Positions 1-13,163 are shown, counted from the first letter of the stretch. The stretch is DNA of 64,000 nt from Paraphysomonas bandaiensis (GCA_965644295.1 CBFFRP010000215.1:62001-126000); one strand, 5' to 3'. Numbers and translations are program-made. Notes: generated by a model from the sequence alone, not told the origin.

Positions 1-417
1 GTTCAGTAACTAGCGAATTGTTAGGTGCTACTTTTAGTGTTTCACATTGCTACGTATACTTAGTTTGCAGCCTATATTGGATTAATTTAAATCCTATATT
101 TTTGGTGTTTTCGCACGATTTTATGGCTTCAATATCAGTCATGGCTTCCGACGACATTGAGCAATACCAGTAGAAAGAGTCTTGAAACGTGTTCGCATTG
201 ATGAGGGAACGCTAGTGGGCCTTGCGTTTGCGTTTTACATAAACTTTATGTTCTGCCTCATATCAGCCGTTTCTATCCATGTATCCATGTTGATGCTAAC
301 ACCGACACAGTCTCCCACATACAGGTCGCCTTGATTTTTTTGGGGCAGGAGACATGACAATGTAGAATAATAATCTAGAATAATTAAGCACTGGTTGTGT
401 CTTCTCTACTCTCTCTT

Positions 418-738
418 TATTGACTAAAGACCATTTTCAGATGATTAAGATCGTTGTAAGAGAAGTTTAAGTTAGTCAAACTAGATAGATTACTTTATTA
501 TGATTGTATACACAATTGTGTGTGTTGTCATGTAGCACATGTCAACAACATGATAAATTATTTCGTTCATGTTAACCACTGCTCAACTTCCGTATCTTGA
601 ATCGTCATGATATAATACTTCAGTTTCACAGTTATAGCTATATAGCACCTTTTGACTATTGACTACGTATTACTGTTTTTCACATTGTATTTAACGTATT
701 CTACAGTACTATCTTAGAGAACCATACGTATTCCAACA
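418..738 (-). repeat. 3' LTR of copia element (minus strand TGTTGG...TCAATA)
   Basis: Direct repeat of 5607-5927, bounded by the TSD on the left and the PPT on the right. Confidence 0.95.
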
Positions 739-747
739 CTCCTCCTC
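739..747 (-). other. Polypurine tract GAGGAGGAG
   Basis: Purine run immediately 5' of the 3' LTR on the minus strand. Confidence 0.85.
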
Positions 748-904
748 AATGTAGAAACGAGTAATCGTCATTATACTGCAGCTATATATATCATCTAGTC
801 ATCTTAGGATAAAACGGATGTGAAAATCTTCATAAAGATACTGTGAACATCACACTTCGCTGTAACACAGTTATGTGGGATTCTTACCCACTAAAAACAC
901 ACCC

Positions 905-3900
905 TTAACCTTTCTTGAACCGCTTCTTCTGATTCTTCTCAACTTCATTTGAAATGCTCCTCTTTTCCCCTGTGATAGTTTCTTCATGGAGTTTAAAGAG
1001 CTTTGTAGATAACGCTTTTGTAAATATGTCGGCCGCCATATCCTTAGTCGATACATGAATCAATCTGGCTGTAGGAAACCTTCCATTTACGTGTTCCCGA
1101 ACCCAGTGGTACTTTATCTGAATATGTTTTGATCTTTTGTGATAGACTGGATTTTCTGACAGATCTTTTGCACTCTTGCTGTCCATGAAGAATGGGGTTG
1201 GCTTCGTCAATGCGAGTCCTAGCTCTCGTAACACCCCCGTAGCCACACCAGTTCTTGCATGGCCGCATATTCAGCCATATACTCGGACTCCATACTGGAA
1301 GTTGCAACTGTAGTCTGCAGTTTGGACTGCCATGCGATTGCTCCAGCACATAAGAATACAATATAACCGGTAGTTGAACGTCTCGTTAGTATATCACCTG
1401 CCCAGTCCGCATCACTAAATACATGTAAATCAAACTTACTCCCACTGAATTTGATTCCTTTGCTGGTGGTGCCTCTCAAATATTTCAATAAATGAATAGC
1501 TAAACGACACGATGCGTATGTAGGATTACTGCTGTATCTCGATAGTAATCCGATTGCATAGGCGAGATCTGGTCTTGTGTGGAGTGCGAGATACAGGATT
1601 GCTCCAATAATACTACGATACGGAAATTTTGAGACCCAGTCCTCCTGTTCTGATGTAAGTTCCCGTTCTGCAGCTAGTAGTTCTTGTGCATTTGATGGCA
1701 ACGGAGCTTCCTTATTCTTTCTACTGTTTCCCATGACATGGTTGAATTTCTGAATCACTTTCTCCGCATACTGTGATTGATCTAGTTTGAACCAGTCTTC
1801 GCCTCTCGTGATTCGAATATTTAGGAAACTTTGGCACTCTCCCATGTCCCTCATTTCAAACGTTTGGCAGAACTTGTTCTTGACAAAAACAAGGAATTCA
1901 AAATCCACAGATGCGATTATGATGTCATCTACATACAGGAGTAATAACGTAAGTTTGCCTTGGTGCCAACGATAATATAAGCAGGTATCTAACACGCATG
2001 ATCTAAACTGCATTGACTTTATGAATTTATCGATGTGGCGATTCCACTGACGCGGTGAGGCTCGTAAACCATATAGTGCTTTGATGAGTTTAAAACACCA
2101 TCCATTGCTGAGCTCCTCATCTGGAGGTGGGTACATGTAGACATCTTCATCTAAATTTGCATAACAAAATGCAGAACTGACATCAAGCTGGTGTACATGC
2201 ATATGGAACATAAAAGCAATTGCAATCACGAGCCTGATAGTTATCCCTTTGACAACCGGTGCAAATGTAGATGGCTCCTCCTCAGTTTTCTCCTGAAGAT
2301 TTCCTAGTGCGACTAGTCGAGCTTTATACTTCTGTATGTTGCCTAGTATGTCACGCTTGAGTTTGTGAACATACTTACATCTGATTAATTTGACCCCAGA
2401 TGGTCGACGTACTATCTTCAAAACGCCTCTTCGTAAAAGAGCTTTCTTCTCTATTCGTCTGGCTGTTCTCCATTCTTCCGCTTGAGGGGACCTCTCCGCC
2501 TCTAGAAAAACTGTTCGGTTCATGGACGTGTTTATTCTCAGTACTCTCCTCTGAATCCATGACATTTACATCGGCATCCATTACCTCTATCATGTTAATT
2601 TCTCCTAACACTGAAGCATTAGCTAGCCTCCTCCGTAAACGCTTACGTTTCTCTGCATCCCTTTTAGATACTCTCTGTAGGGTATTAGTACTGTTAGAAT
2701 TTATAGTATCAGTATATTCAGGTACTCCCTGTTTTACTGCTCGATCAGGTTCTCCCTGAGCTGCATCTGCATCAAGTACTCCTTGAGTCATATCTTCATC
2801 AGGTGCTCCCTGACTAATACCATGGTTAACTAGCTGCTCCTGATGGCTCTCAGGTGCTGGGATAGTGGACGTACTCCGTCCATCAGTGGTACTAGAAGCG
2901 TCCCTCGTTCCCGTATATCCCGTGTATCCAGGCGTATTCCTTGTCATTACCTGAACATCTTCTATATGTATGGGTACCTTCTGCTCAATGTGGGTTCTCC
3001 CCGCAGTTACAAGTGACCGATAACCAACAATGACACCCTTTCTTTCTACCACTCTGGTGGTCTTGTACAACAGCCCGTCTTCATCGTCTATGTGAAAAGT
3101 CTTCACGAGATGCTGATAATCATTCACCGTCTTTGGTCTAGGTGCTGTTCGTACTCGAAGAGCGTCGATTTCTGCGTAATATTCTTCGGTGCGGGAAGGT
3201 ATACTCTCATCTGTGAGTATGTGTACACACGTAATTACCTTATCGGTTGCTGGGAGATACACCTGGTATCCAACTTTATCTTCCGAATATCCCACTAGGT
3301 ATCCAATCTTTGATTTATCGTCCCAGTCCTTTCGCCTGTCCGCCTTAGGTGTCAATATATAAGTTTTGCACCCCCATACTCTAAAATATTTCAAACTGGG
3401 TGGCTGACCCGTGACATACTCATATGGGGACATGTATCCTCTGTCCGTCCTTGTAGGGAGTCTGATCAGTGTATAGCGAGCAGCATGATACGCGTCTAAC
3501 CAGAATGGAACCGGTAGGCCTGACTGCAACAACATCGCCAACGCCATCTCTGATGCAGTCCTGAATTTTCGCTCCTCTACTGCATTCATTTCCGGACTAT
3601 CTGTTGAAGACCAAGTATGTTTGTAGCAGCCTTGTGATCTCAAATAGCTCCTAAGTTCTTGATTTATGAGTTCTCCAGCTCCATCAGCGTGGTAGTGGTC
3701 CACTCTCAGCTTATATTGCCTAATCTCTCCTTCGAACACCTCTCTAAAAAACTGAATCACTTCTTCTTTAGTACGCTGGTTTACGCCTTTTACCCAGAAC
3801 ATCCTACTCGGGTGATGAGTTAGTTTGATCACGTAGCGCTCATCACCTCGAGCGGGAGTATTCAGAAATACTTGCACATCAGCCGATATGTCCGGCTTGA

Positions 3901-5623
3901 CATCCGTATCCTCCTTTGTGTGAAACGAAACTCTCGTAATCTTTGATCTGGCACATATGCTACAGAGACAAGATTTTTTTAATGCAGTCTTCGATAGGTG
4001 CTTCCTCTGCAGATTTGAGCCCGTGAACAACATCCTTCTATGTGCCTCCGTTAGAGCCCCTTTGTTGAAATGGCCCATTCTCCTATGCAGCAGTTCCAGC
4101 TCGTCCTCACCAGTCCTATCGCTAAGATTTACTTCACAATTACTCGGTGTAGACACATCTGGAAGCTCCAACAGCTGCTGAGTTGGAACTGCAGTCATTC
4201 CATTTTTCATGGGTCCCTCCAGTACCAGCTCACCGGTATTACAGTCATAAATTTGGATCCCATACCACACCGTGAATCGATAGCCCATTTCGTTCAGCTT
4301 ACGTCCGGAGCACAGGCATCGATTGATCTGATCTGAAATTTCTATGTCTCTCCATGCTCCACGGGAACCCACACTTGTGATATGAATCTCTGATCCCTTC
4401 TTAGATCCGTTTATCACCTTTGATGTATTCATATGAGTGTCAAGCATGGTCACATCATTCATCAAGAACATTGATGATGAACAGCATGTATCTATGTATG
4501 TATAGTGTTCAGCAGTACCAATCATACAACATGTGTCACTTTTATCATATATATCAACAGCACAGTCATAAAGCATATTCGCTTCGGACTCCGAGTCAGA
4601 CTCGGTTCCTCCTCTGCGGATATTCTCGAATGTGAAAACCTTCCCAGATTTCTGGGGTTTCTTGGTCTTTCCAGTCGAATTTCGGGGACATTCGTTCGCG
4701 CGATGGTTTTTGGATTTGCATACTCTGCATCCTGTATATTCCTTACTGCCCGGTCTTTGTCCCTTCGTTTCCCCCTTTTTCTTCCTACATTGTTCTGTAT
4801 TATGATTGTGTATTATACCTTTCTTCGAGCAATAAGTGCACTTCCTCTTTGTAGATACTCTCTCTTTCTTTCGAGGCTTTTCAATATGATTCAGCTCCTC
4901 CGTGCTCTTGCGCTTCTTCTCTATGATTTTCCTCCCATACTTGGTGTCGTCGAACTGTTCGATACGTTTGGATAGCAATTCATATGGTACATCATCGGGC
5001 ATTAAATACAGGGCATAATTCAAACCGTCATATTCATCACTGATAATTCCCTCCTTCAGCCTACTAATTTTTGATTCTTCCGTTACCGTTTGGTTATGCG
5101 CCTGAAGTTCACGAAGAAGCAGCTCAAAACGCAGTACATACTCTTTCGCGGTCTCCCCTGGCTTCATCTCGAATGATCCAAACTGAGCAAGCAGAGCACT
5201 AATCTTGTTTTGTGTTCCCCCTTCAAAACACGATTTAAGAGTGCTAACCATCTCTCTGGCGCTGAACTTATTAACTCTTCCTTCAGCTGCCTTGAACTCC
5301 TTGTGCTTCAGATGAAACTTCTGCAGCGCCTTCGGAGATCGCTTCACCGCCTCTCTGCAGTATGAGTAGGCAATTGCATTCGCCTTCCAATACTTGTCCA
5401 CCGCTTCTTTGTAGGACTTGGTCTCAAGACTATTCAGGGGTTGAATTCCGAAATCCTCTTCCTCTGGTGGCCTTTCTAGAGCCACCTCACTCTGCTCCTT
5501 TCTCATAAGGAACGTCTCAAAGTCTTCGATCCATTGTTCAACGTTGCTCTCGTCGAACCATGGAACATCAGCTCTATCCTCCTTCTCTCCTCCGCATTCG
5601 CTACCATATTGACTAAAGACCAT
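905..5623 (-). CDS. Copia gag-pol polyprotein, interrupted by two single-base homopolymer frameshifts (about 2506-2510 and 1234-1238)
   Basis: ATG at 5623 lies inside the 5' LTR. Motifs: zinc knuckle CRVCKSKNHRANEC; protease YIDTCCS; LHRRMGH and CSIC; integrase ADV / ADGAGE / NAVEER; RT YKARLVA, LYGLRASPRQW and YVDD; RNase H FSDADWAG and KRSKHI. Spread over ORFs 2375-5668, 1219-2565 and 905-1246. Confidence 0.93.
5595..5606 (-). other. Primer-binding site TGGTAGCGAATG, probably for initiator Met tRNA
   Basis: Abuts the 5' LTR end with no spacer. TGGTAGCG matches the start of the Ty1-type iMet PBS; tRNA identity is inferred. Confidence 0.75.
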
Positions 5624-5927
5624 TTTCAGATGATTAAGATCGTTGTAAGAGAAGTTTAAGTTAGTCAAACTAGATAGATTACTTTATTATGATTGTATAC
5701 ACAATTGTGTGTGTTGTCATGTAGCACATGTCAACAACATGATAAATTATTTCGTTCATGTTAACCACTGCTCAACTTCCGTATCTTGAATCGTCATGAT
5801 ATAATACTTCAGTTTCACAGTTATAGCTATATAGCACCTTTTGACTATTGACTACGTATTACTGTTTTTCACATTGTATTTAACGTATTCTACAGTACTA
5901 TCTTAGAGAACCATACGTATTCCAACA
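5607..5927 (-). repeat. 5' LTR of copia element
   Basis: Direct repeat of 418-738, followed on the + strand by TSD CTCTT. Confidence 0.95.
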
Positions 5928-7498
5928 CTCTTCTCTACCATCCTTGTAGCGGATAGTGTATATACCGTCGCGTCGACAAGCGGTTACGCCACTACTGTAG
6001 CTGCATCTCCAAGTTGACAAACACCGCCCATGGTAGATTCTTCTGAGTGGCAATTATCGCTCTCCTTGCATTGCTGTTGTTAGGGAAAAGGCCACCAGAT
6101 TGTCAATCTCAGAAGGGTACTTTGTACGTTGTACTTTGCTTCTTCCCCTGGTACCTGCCGTGAGGCACATAATGCATATAATGCGGTCCCCGATGAAAAT
6201 TGCATAACATATATGTGTAGTCGTAAAAATTCCAATGTGGCAATAGACTTAGATCACTGCTTTTACTTGTCATGACGTACAACGTCCCCTACATATCTAT
6301 CAATATATAGCGAGAATGGTAGAACTTTGGTGCTAGTAGCGACGCACACATTATTCTCGTAGCGTCAAAAAGTAGGAAATTAACATCAATATTAGATTAC
6401 TTTTAATTTAGTATCGATACTTACACGCCTATTGCTAATAATTAGACATTCTATATATTACCGTTGTTACCATAGTTATCGTTGCGGCTATGACTGTCAT
6501 CTTGTTTGATCTTTCTTTGCTTGCTCTAAGCGCCGTCAAAAACAGATATGCAGCCACCGTTAGTGCGACGAACATGTGCAGTATTACTTGCTTTCCTCGA
6601 CAACAACTGAAAGCTATATTCTTGAATTCGAGTTACCAGTATCATCGCTCGTGTTATATATGCTGGCTATATATTCAGCTCACGTTAGTTTCCCGGGGAA
6701 ATATCTCCGGTTCTTATACCCCAGAACACCACAAAAAGGTGCGAATCCGACTTTTTTTAGGGACTCACAACTTTATCTTCTGACGACCCTTGACTATTAA
6801 GGTCCATAGATAGCTGCAGGCACATAGTGACCTCAGCGTGCTGAGACTTCATACCGAACCTCAACATACACCACACAATAGAGAGTGCACACAGAGCTCA
6901 AGCAACCAATCAATCGCCTACAGTTGTGATTCATAAACTAGCGCACACGCCCGTGAGATAGCTGTATCACAATAAGCTAAAGTAATGAATAAAGTACACA
7001 AGAAGTTTACAATATTTTGCTCTCAATGATATCTCCATAAGGTGGGTACTGAAGATTCTAAGAACTAAGAAAAGCGTCATGGAATCTGACTCTTTATTGA
7101 TAAGACTGGGTGGAGCTGCTCCTGATTTCGTAGTATCGATTAAAAGCGTCTGCTCGAATTTGAATGGCAGTAGGTGCAACTACCCTTCTTTTCTTCATGC
7201 TTAGTCAGATGATATTGTGGTGCAAGTTAGTGAGAAAAAATAAAACTACGATTATATTATTAGTGGAGGAAGGCGCAATATGATAAACCAGAATCATATT
7301 CTCCGTGTACTCATTGATTCTATTTGCCCTAGAGAACATAAATTTCATTACATTTGCGGCCAGATATCCCCTACCAACTTATACATGAAAATATCTAATA
7401 CCGGCTAATAAGTAAAACACTGTGTGTGCTTTACACACAACTACACACACAACTTTTTGAAAACCAAAACTGGATGGAGCACCGCAACACAATCACAA

Positions 7499-10400
7499 CT
7501 ATATACCACTCACACCAGCGCTGTCATGAGTAACACTAACATATCTGCAGTATTCCGTCCCCAATTTTCCGAGATCAGGGTCATATTGGACTAATATGCG
7601 GGACAAAGAGTTTTCAATTTCCATACACTTTTCGAAAGATCTGTCATTTACAGCACGTGCACTATCCTCATCGAATTTGTTTGGCCTCCCAATGCAATGC
7701 AAGCAGTCCTCGATTTGATTCAAAATCGAAACGAGAAGTGCCTCAAACGAGACAATTCTCTCCAAAAGCTGCCCGTCAATATCATCCTTTGACAAAAGAG
7801 ATTTAGGACCTGCACGCTGTTTATCCAGGTAACTCTGGTGGACTTCCCAAAATGTAGATGCCGCAACCGTAAGTGGCATAGATAAATACATCGCACCGAA
7901 AAGCATGAGAAATATGCTCATTGCTTGGCCAATATTCGTTACCGGTACGATATCTCCATATCCAACAGAGGTTAATGTGACAATGGAAAACCACAGGGCA
8001 TCTATGACAGAGGAAAACATACTAGGGTCACCATTCTTATCAACTGCAATTTGCTGACCAGTCTTGACTGTATCCGATATTTCGTCAGGAACTTTACAGC
8101 CGCTATCTCCAACATAGCAGAAAATCCCTTTTTCTACCTCATAGAGAAGTAAGGCGAATACTATTACAATGAAAAATAGAAGAGAGAGAATCCCCCCTAA
8201 CTGGCGGCCCGCTCGATTCGCTGTGGTAACGAGTACCTGCGATGCACTGAAGTGTCTCGTCATCTTGAACAGTCGAAATACCTGTAGAAATAGGTTGATA
8301 TCAAACACATACACTTAATACTCAAAGCAGGCAGACAAAACAGCAGTATGAAACCGAGTGCATACTTACGCTCATGGATTTCATGGCCACAAGTAACATA
8401 GGCCTCGGCGACGACGCTAAAATGGAGAAGTCCAACGCAAAACCACTACCTCTGAATGCCCTTATGATATCTGTGTAGAAGGGAACTACGGAAAGAATAT
8501 CAAATATATTCATGAAGTCTCGAGCAAACCCATAAAGCGAACTAGACACCAATATCCGGAGAAATATTTCTACAGTGAAGAAAAAATTTACAAATATTTC
8601 TACAGGAACCCAACCCCTGTTGCCATCTGCTATCTGCGAATGGTCATGGCGGCACTCGATTCGTGTGCAGATACCGTGCAGCTGGTGCATACGCTTTCTG
8701 GAGACAAAAAACTCCGGATTCCGAAAATTATAGACTAACTCGTCGCTAGTTTGGAATGGGAGATTTTCGCTATTGGCGCATGTCATATTCGTGTATCTTG
8801 CACCATAATTGATGCCATGGGCAAAACAGTCATTGTCATTGCAAAAATATCTCAGTTTTTTTGACGTTGGGCCGTCATTATCTTGAACAAAACAACCAGG
8901 GTCAAGGCTAGAGTCATGTTTGTCTGTACAATAAGCTTTTAGTACCCAACCACACATATTCGTTCCTTCCCCATAGTCATACATTGATGGCAGAGTTTGG
9001 GTGTAAAGCATTAACACACTGATCAAAATCAAAATAATCAAAAATATCTGCAGCGCTTTGGCACCTGGGGAGGAATGAGGAAACTCCAGTAGCATCCACA
9101 CTTTCGTCCGGATTGCGGATGGATTTTTCAAAGCACGGTCGAAATTCCGCACAAATTCTGTCCCATCTCCCCTCATTTTGGCGATGTCGGGGGCTGCTTT
9201 TGCCATTTTTATAATAAACGTAGACGACTCCTCCCGCTTAATCCGTCGCGGAGACCTGTTTGCAGGTTTCGATACGTCAGAGGGGTTTATTTTAAATCGG
9301 TCCTTTACACCAGATATACGTCGCGGACTGATAACTTCTGTCGCAGATGCTTGACGTCGTTTGGAATACTGTCCGCTACCGTCTACACTCGAAGGGCCTC
9401 GAACAGAGAGTGACTTCGAATTAACCACACTACTTTCTCCGTTCATTATAGACGAGTACAAATCGGTCGGAGTCGATTCGGTGTAACTCCTTTCCAACTC
9501 TACCTTGTTTTTGTTCGTCGGAAGGTTTGATATGGTTATGTCTGGTTTCTCGTCCGAACATTCCTCTGGATTATCCTCCTCTGGTGGTTCAAATGTTTCC
9601 ACAGTGGTGAGACCTTCCGCTGAGACTTGTGTTGTAGGAATAATATCTGCATCATCTTTCACACTATCAGCTGGGGCAACAGCACCCGATCTAGTCGTAT
9701 CAGAAGTCAAGAAGCGATTCACATAGGCTGGTGCTATACGCAGAACAGATCCGAATATATTGGAAGATCTCGGATTTTCGACCGACTCGCTTTTACTATC
9801 CTCTCTTGGGCTCTGTTCTCTAGCAATGTCACTTTCATCTTCTTCAACCAAGCTATCCAACTGTCTCAGTGTTTTAAATCGTTCTCTGACCCCGTCACTT
9901 AACTGACTATGAATTTCTGAACCCCTGTCAAGAGAAGATACAGATGACACGTTTGATGGTACACTTGCTATACTAGATTTACGAGGAGGTACACTAGTCA
10001 AGCTAGATTTCCGCATAAAGCTTATTCTTCGAAGGTCCGACTTCACTTTCGCATCCGTAAGGGCGCATATGGCAATACGAATATTTGACAACAGAGGGGT
10101 AAGCCAACCTCGCACTTCACAGAACGCTATAACTAAGGCGGGACTCATGCCACTGTCTTCTTGCATTGTAAGCTCTTGAAGCTTTTCTAGTGCCTTTCCC
10201 AGCCCCACTCTGCTATCCTTCATAGGTGCTGTTACAGCCTGGGAGAAAGTACCGCTAGACTGGGCGGTTAACGTTTGATGAACTATACTCATTCCGGATC
10301 GGCGTTGACTGGAAGTTTCATCTGAGGCAGTTGGAGTTACAGCACTACTCTCCGACTCCAACACCATATTCTCCCATGCGTTGGCATACTCGTTTCCGAT

Positions 10401-11429
10401 AATAGCGAGAGGCATGGACATAAAGAGAGATCCAAATAGCATTATAATCACCGAGACCACCCTAGATGGCAGGTACGACGGGACCTGGTTACCATATCCC
10501 GCTGAAATATAAAAGTAAGCTTGTTGTCATAATAGCATTGCACTTCACGGATGATATATGTATACATATATATAAAATGCGATACGCAAACACTCACTTG
10601 TTGTCATTGTCACGACAGAAAAGAAACTTGCATCAAAAAGGTTTTCCCACGCACACGACTCGTAGTTATAGCAAGGCTCCATAAAATACACAGCGACACC
10701 GAAAAACACATTAAAAACTAAGAAAAAGAAAAAAGGGAGGACTAAATGCCGCATTGATCGACCCAGTGCAATGCGGATCGCACGAATTGATAGTATATCT
10801 TTCGAGACTCGCAGCACCTTTGCGCTAGACAAAACGTCTAGTACTTTCAGTATGAGCCTGCTTACGGCTGTGAGGTCTTTGTCACGAGGATATAAATACG
10901 AGTAACGTAAAACAAATGGTATAATGCTAAGGACGTCGAATATAAACAATGCAAACTTGAACTTATCCTCCAAATACTCCTCCATGAGGTCTGGTTCACT
11001 TATGCATACAGATGAAGTCATTATTATTCGGATTACCGCATCTATACTCATGGGAATCCACAAAATCAGTTGAATAACCCTGTATGTCTACAAAAACATG
11101 AAAACAAGAGAGAAAAATAGGTATCGACATACATTTTCTGCCGGCATATTGGGATAAGTGGACATATCCTTACGACCTTCATAATTGTTTTTACCGTCGA
11201 TGGACTCCAGTACCAATATAACCACGTTGAAAACAACACAACATAACATAAATACAGCCCATCTCAACGCCCCTCGAGAAGAATTCGGTTCCGTAAGAAA
11301 ATAATATGCTCTCGATACTAATGATGTATTCCCACCACTGGATTTAGATGACTCTACTTTCTGAGGGTAGATATTAAGTGGTTTGACCGAATCACGGGCT
11401 ATAGGTGCCCTGAAAGATAATCCCTTCAT
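7499..11429 (-). CDS. Voltage-gated K+ channel family protein with two tandem 6TM-pore modules (4 exons)
   Basis: GT-AG introns 11088-11132, 10502-10597 and 8282-8369 join four ORFs in frame. Pore 1 SVVTMTTTGYGNQVP spans an intron; pore 2 is SIVTLTSVGYGDIVP. Two pre-S1 motifs (FLTEPNSS, LLEFPHSS); S3 motifs FDVLSIIPF and FDILSVVPF. Confidence 0.88.
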
Positions 11430-11724
11430 AGTGATAACTAGATATCTACGAGTAGCACGTCCTGGTCATATGATCTAATACAGAACAACTTCTCAATACA
11501 CAAATGGTCTAAGAGAGAGATATGTCTGTCTTGTAACTATCTAAGCTACACAGTTGATGATATGAAGATGTTTATATTCTACTTGTAGTTATGTTATAGA
11601 GACATATGTATGTATATACAGCCAATACACCTCCACAATTATGTTGGGGGGAAGTATACGGTACACTCTGCCTGCAATATCAACTACTTCTTGTATGTAT
11701 TCTAATCTGTATTCTCCCTATATA

Positions 11725-11935
11725 CAGTACTGGCCAAAATCGGGCAGAAGAGAGGGGAGTAAAACTGCTCCATGTTCTTGGAAAAATATCCAACAAATAC
11801 CCCACTTTTACGAATATTTGGATACAATAATGTTCGGAAAATCGGATTATATTGACCATATCCTCTAGAATATTACGATTTTACGAACACACTACTGTAT
11901 AATTTCGGCATTTTTTTACCGTTTGGCCACTATCG
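11725..11935. mobile_element. Possible degenerate Tc1/mariner-like MITE
   Basis: TA|CAGTACTGGCCAAAATCGG at the left end. Imperfect inverted copies CACTACTG|TA (11890-11899) and CCGTTTGGCCACTA (11919-11932). Confidence 0.35.
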
Positions 11936-13163
11936 CCATTCTTCAAACCATGTCACACTAATGTCCATCAACTGCAAGAACAAACAATGGATATTATTAG
12001 AGAGCAAAGTGAGTTCAGAGATGAGATTCCATGAGACGGTGGTTTTATGATGATTTTACGACGTGAGAAAAATTAAAATGTCTATATGTTGTATCTTCAT
12101 ATGCTGTCAATATCTTGATCGACCTGAAGTACGTTAGTTACAGTATATTTAATGGAATGATGCATTACAAGCCCCCATTACTGCCCCACGAAGGCATGAA
12201 TTATATCTAATTAAATTTTATGAAGACTTGCGACGGCACTGGGAAATCCCTCCCTTATATATATTTTATATATTCAGTACGTGATAATCGGCAGTGATGT
12301 CAGTCAGAAGCATACCATCGTTTGATAGTATGGTATCTTTTAATATACTTGAGTACTACACAATTTTTGAAGGTCGTCTGTACTTCCAACTTGCATGGTA
12401 CAGTGTAGCTCACGCTGTTTTTAGTATTTGCTGCAGTATACGTCGTTGTCTGGATTATTAATATGCTAGTGTAGTAACTTGCACTTTAGTAGAACTTATA
12501 CGCGTTACTGCAACGCGAAATCGTACAATAGCATGTTGAAATTTGCATGTGGTGGCTTCAAACTTTGATATGAAGTTGTAGTTATTAATACAACCCCTAC
12601 TTTTCTAAAGTATATTGTGATCGTCTGTCTTTGCTTCTCAAATTTGTCATGACACGAATTTTTACAATATGCTGATCATCATATATATGAAATATACAGT
12701 CATGCTACTTTGAAATACACCTTATCCAAATGGAAAAATGATACAGAAGGTCGTGCACATAGTTCACTTTTTTACTCTTTAAGTTATCCGAAGTGCTTCC
12801 GGAAGTTACTTACTATCTATTCTTGATATAAAACGTTGAAGAACCAATGCCATTCTGCTTCTCTAATACTCAAATAGAAATGACAGCCGCAGAGCACATG
12901 ATATCAACATGTTACTTAGTGCTGCCCTTAAAAACAAGGACTAGCCTATCCACTTTAGCACTTACATACTTGGCCGATGTTAAACAACAGTCGTATCGAA
13001 GTGCAGCATGCTCTACAACTACTTAGGAATTCTATTCACTACTCTTCGCTTGATTAATTATATACTGATGCAACAAACACACCTTTTAAGACTTCTTAGG
13101 CGATTCTGTTATTCCACTTCGATGTGATAACTCTAGATAGGACTACTTTAATATACTACCATG

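Larger units (their letters stand above)
418..5927 (-). mobile_element. Full-length Ty1/copia LTR retrotransposon, very recent insertion
   Basis: Two 321-bp direct repeats (418-738, 5607-5927) that read identical by eye. 5-bp TSD CTCTT at 413-417 and 5928-5932. PBS and PPT present. Internal order gag-PR-IN-RT-RH is the copia order. Confidence 0.97.

Noticed and set aside
421-738. Canonical TG...CA LTR boundaries
   Set aside because: They give no target-site duplication; boundaries 418-738 and 5607-5927 give a perfect CTCTT TSD.
6490-7179. Short ORFs between the copia element and the K+ channel
   Set aside because: No recognisable motif and no consistent splice model.
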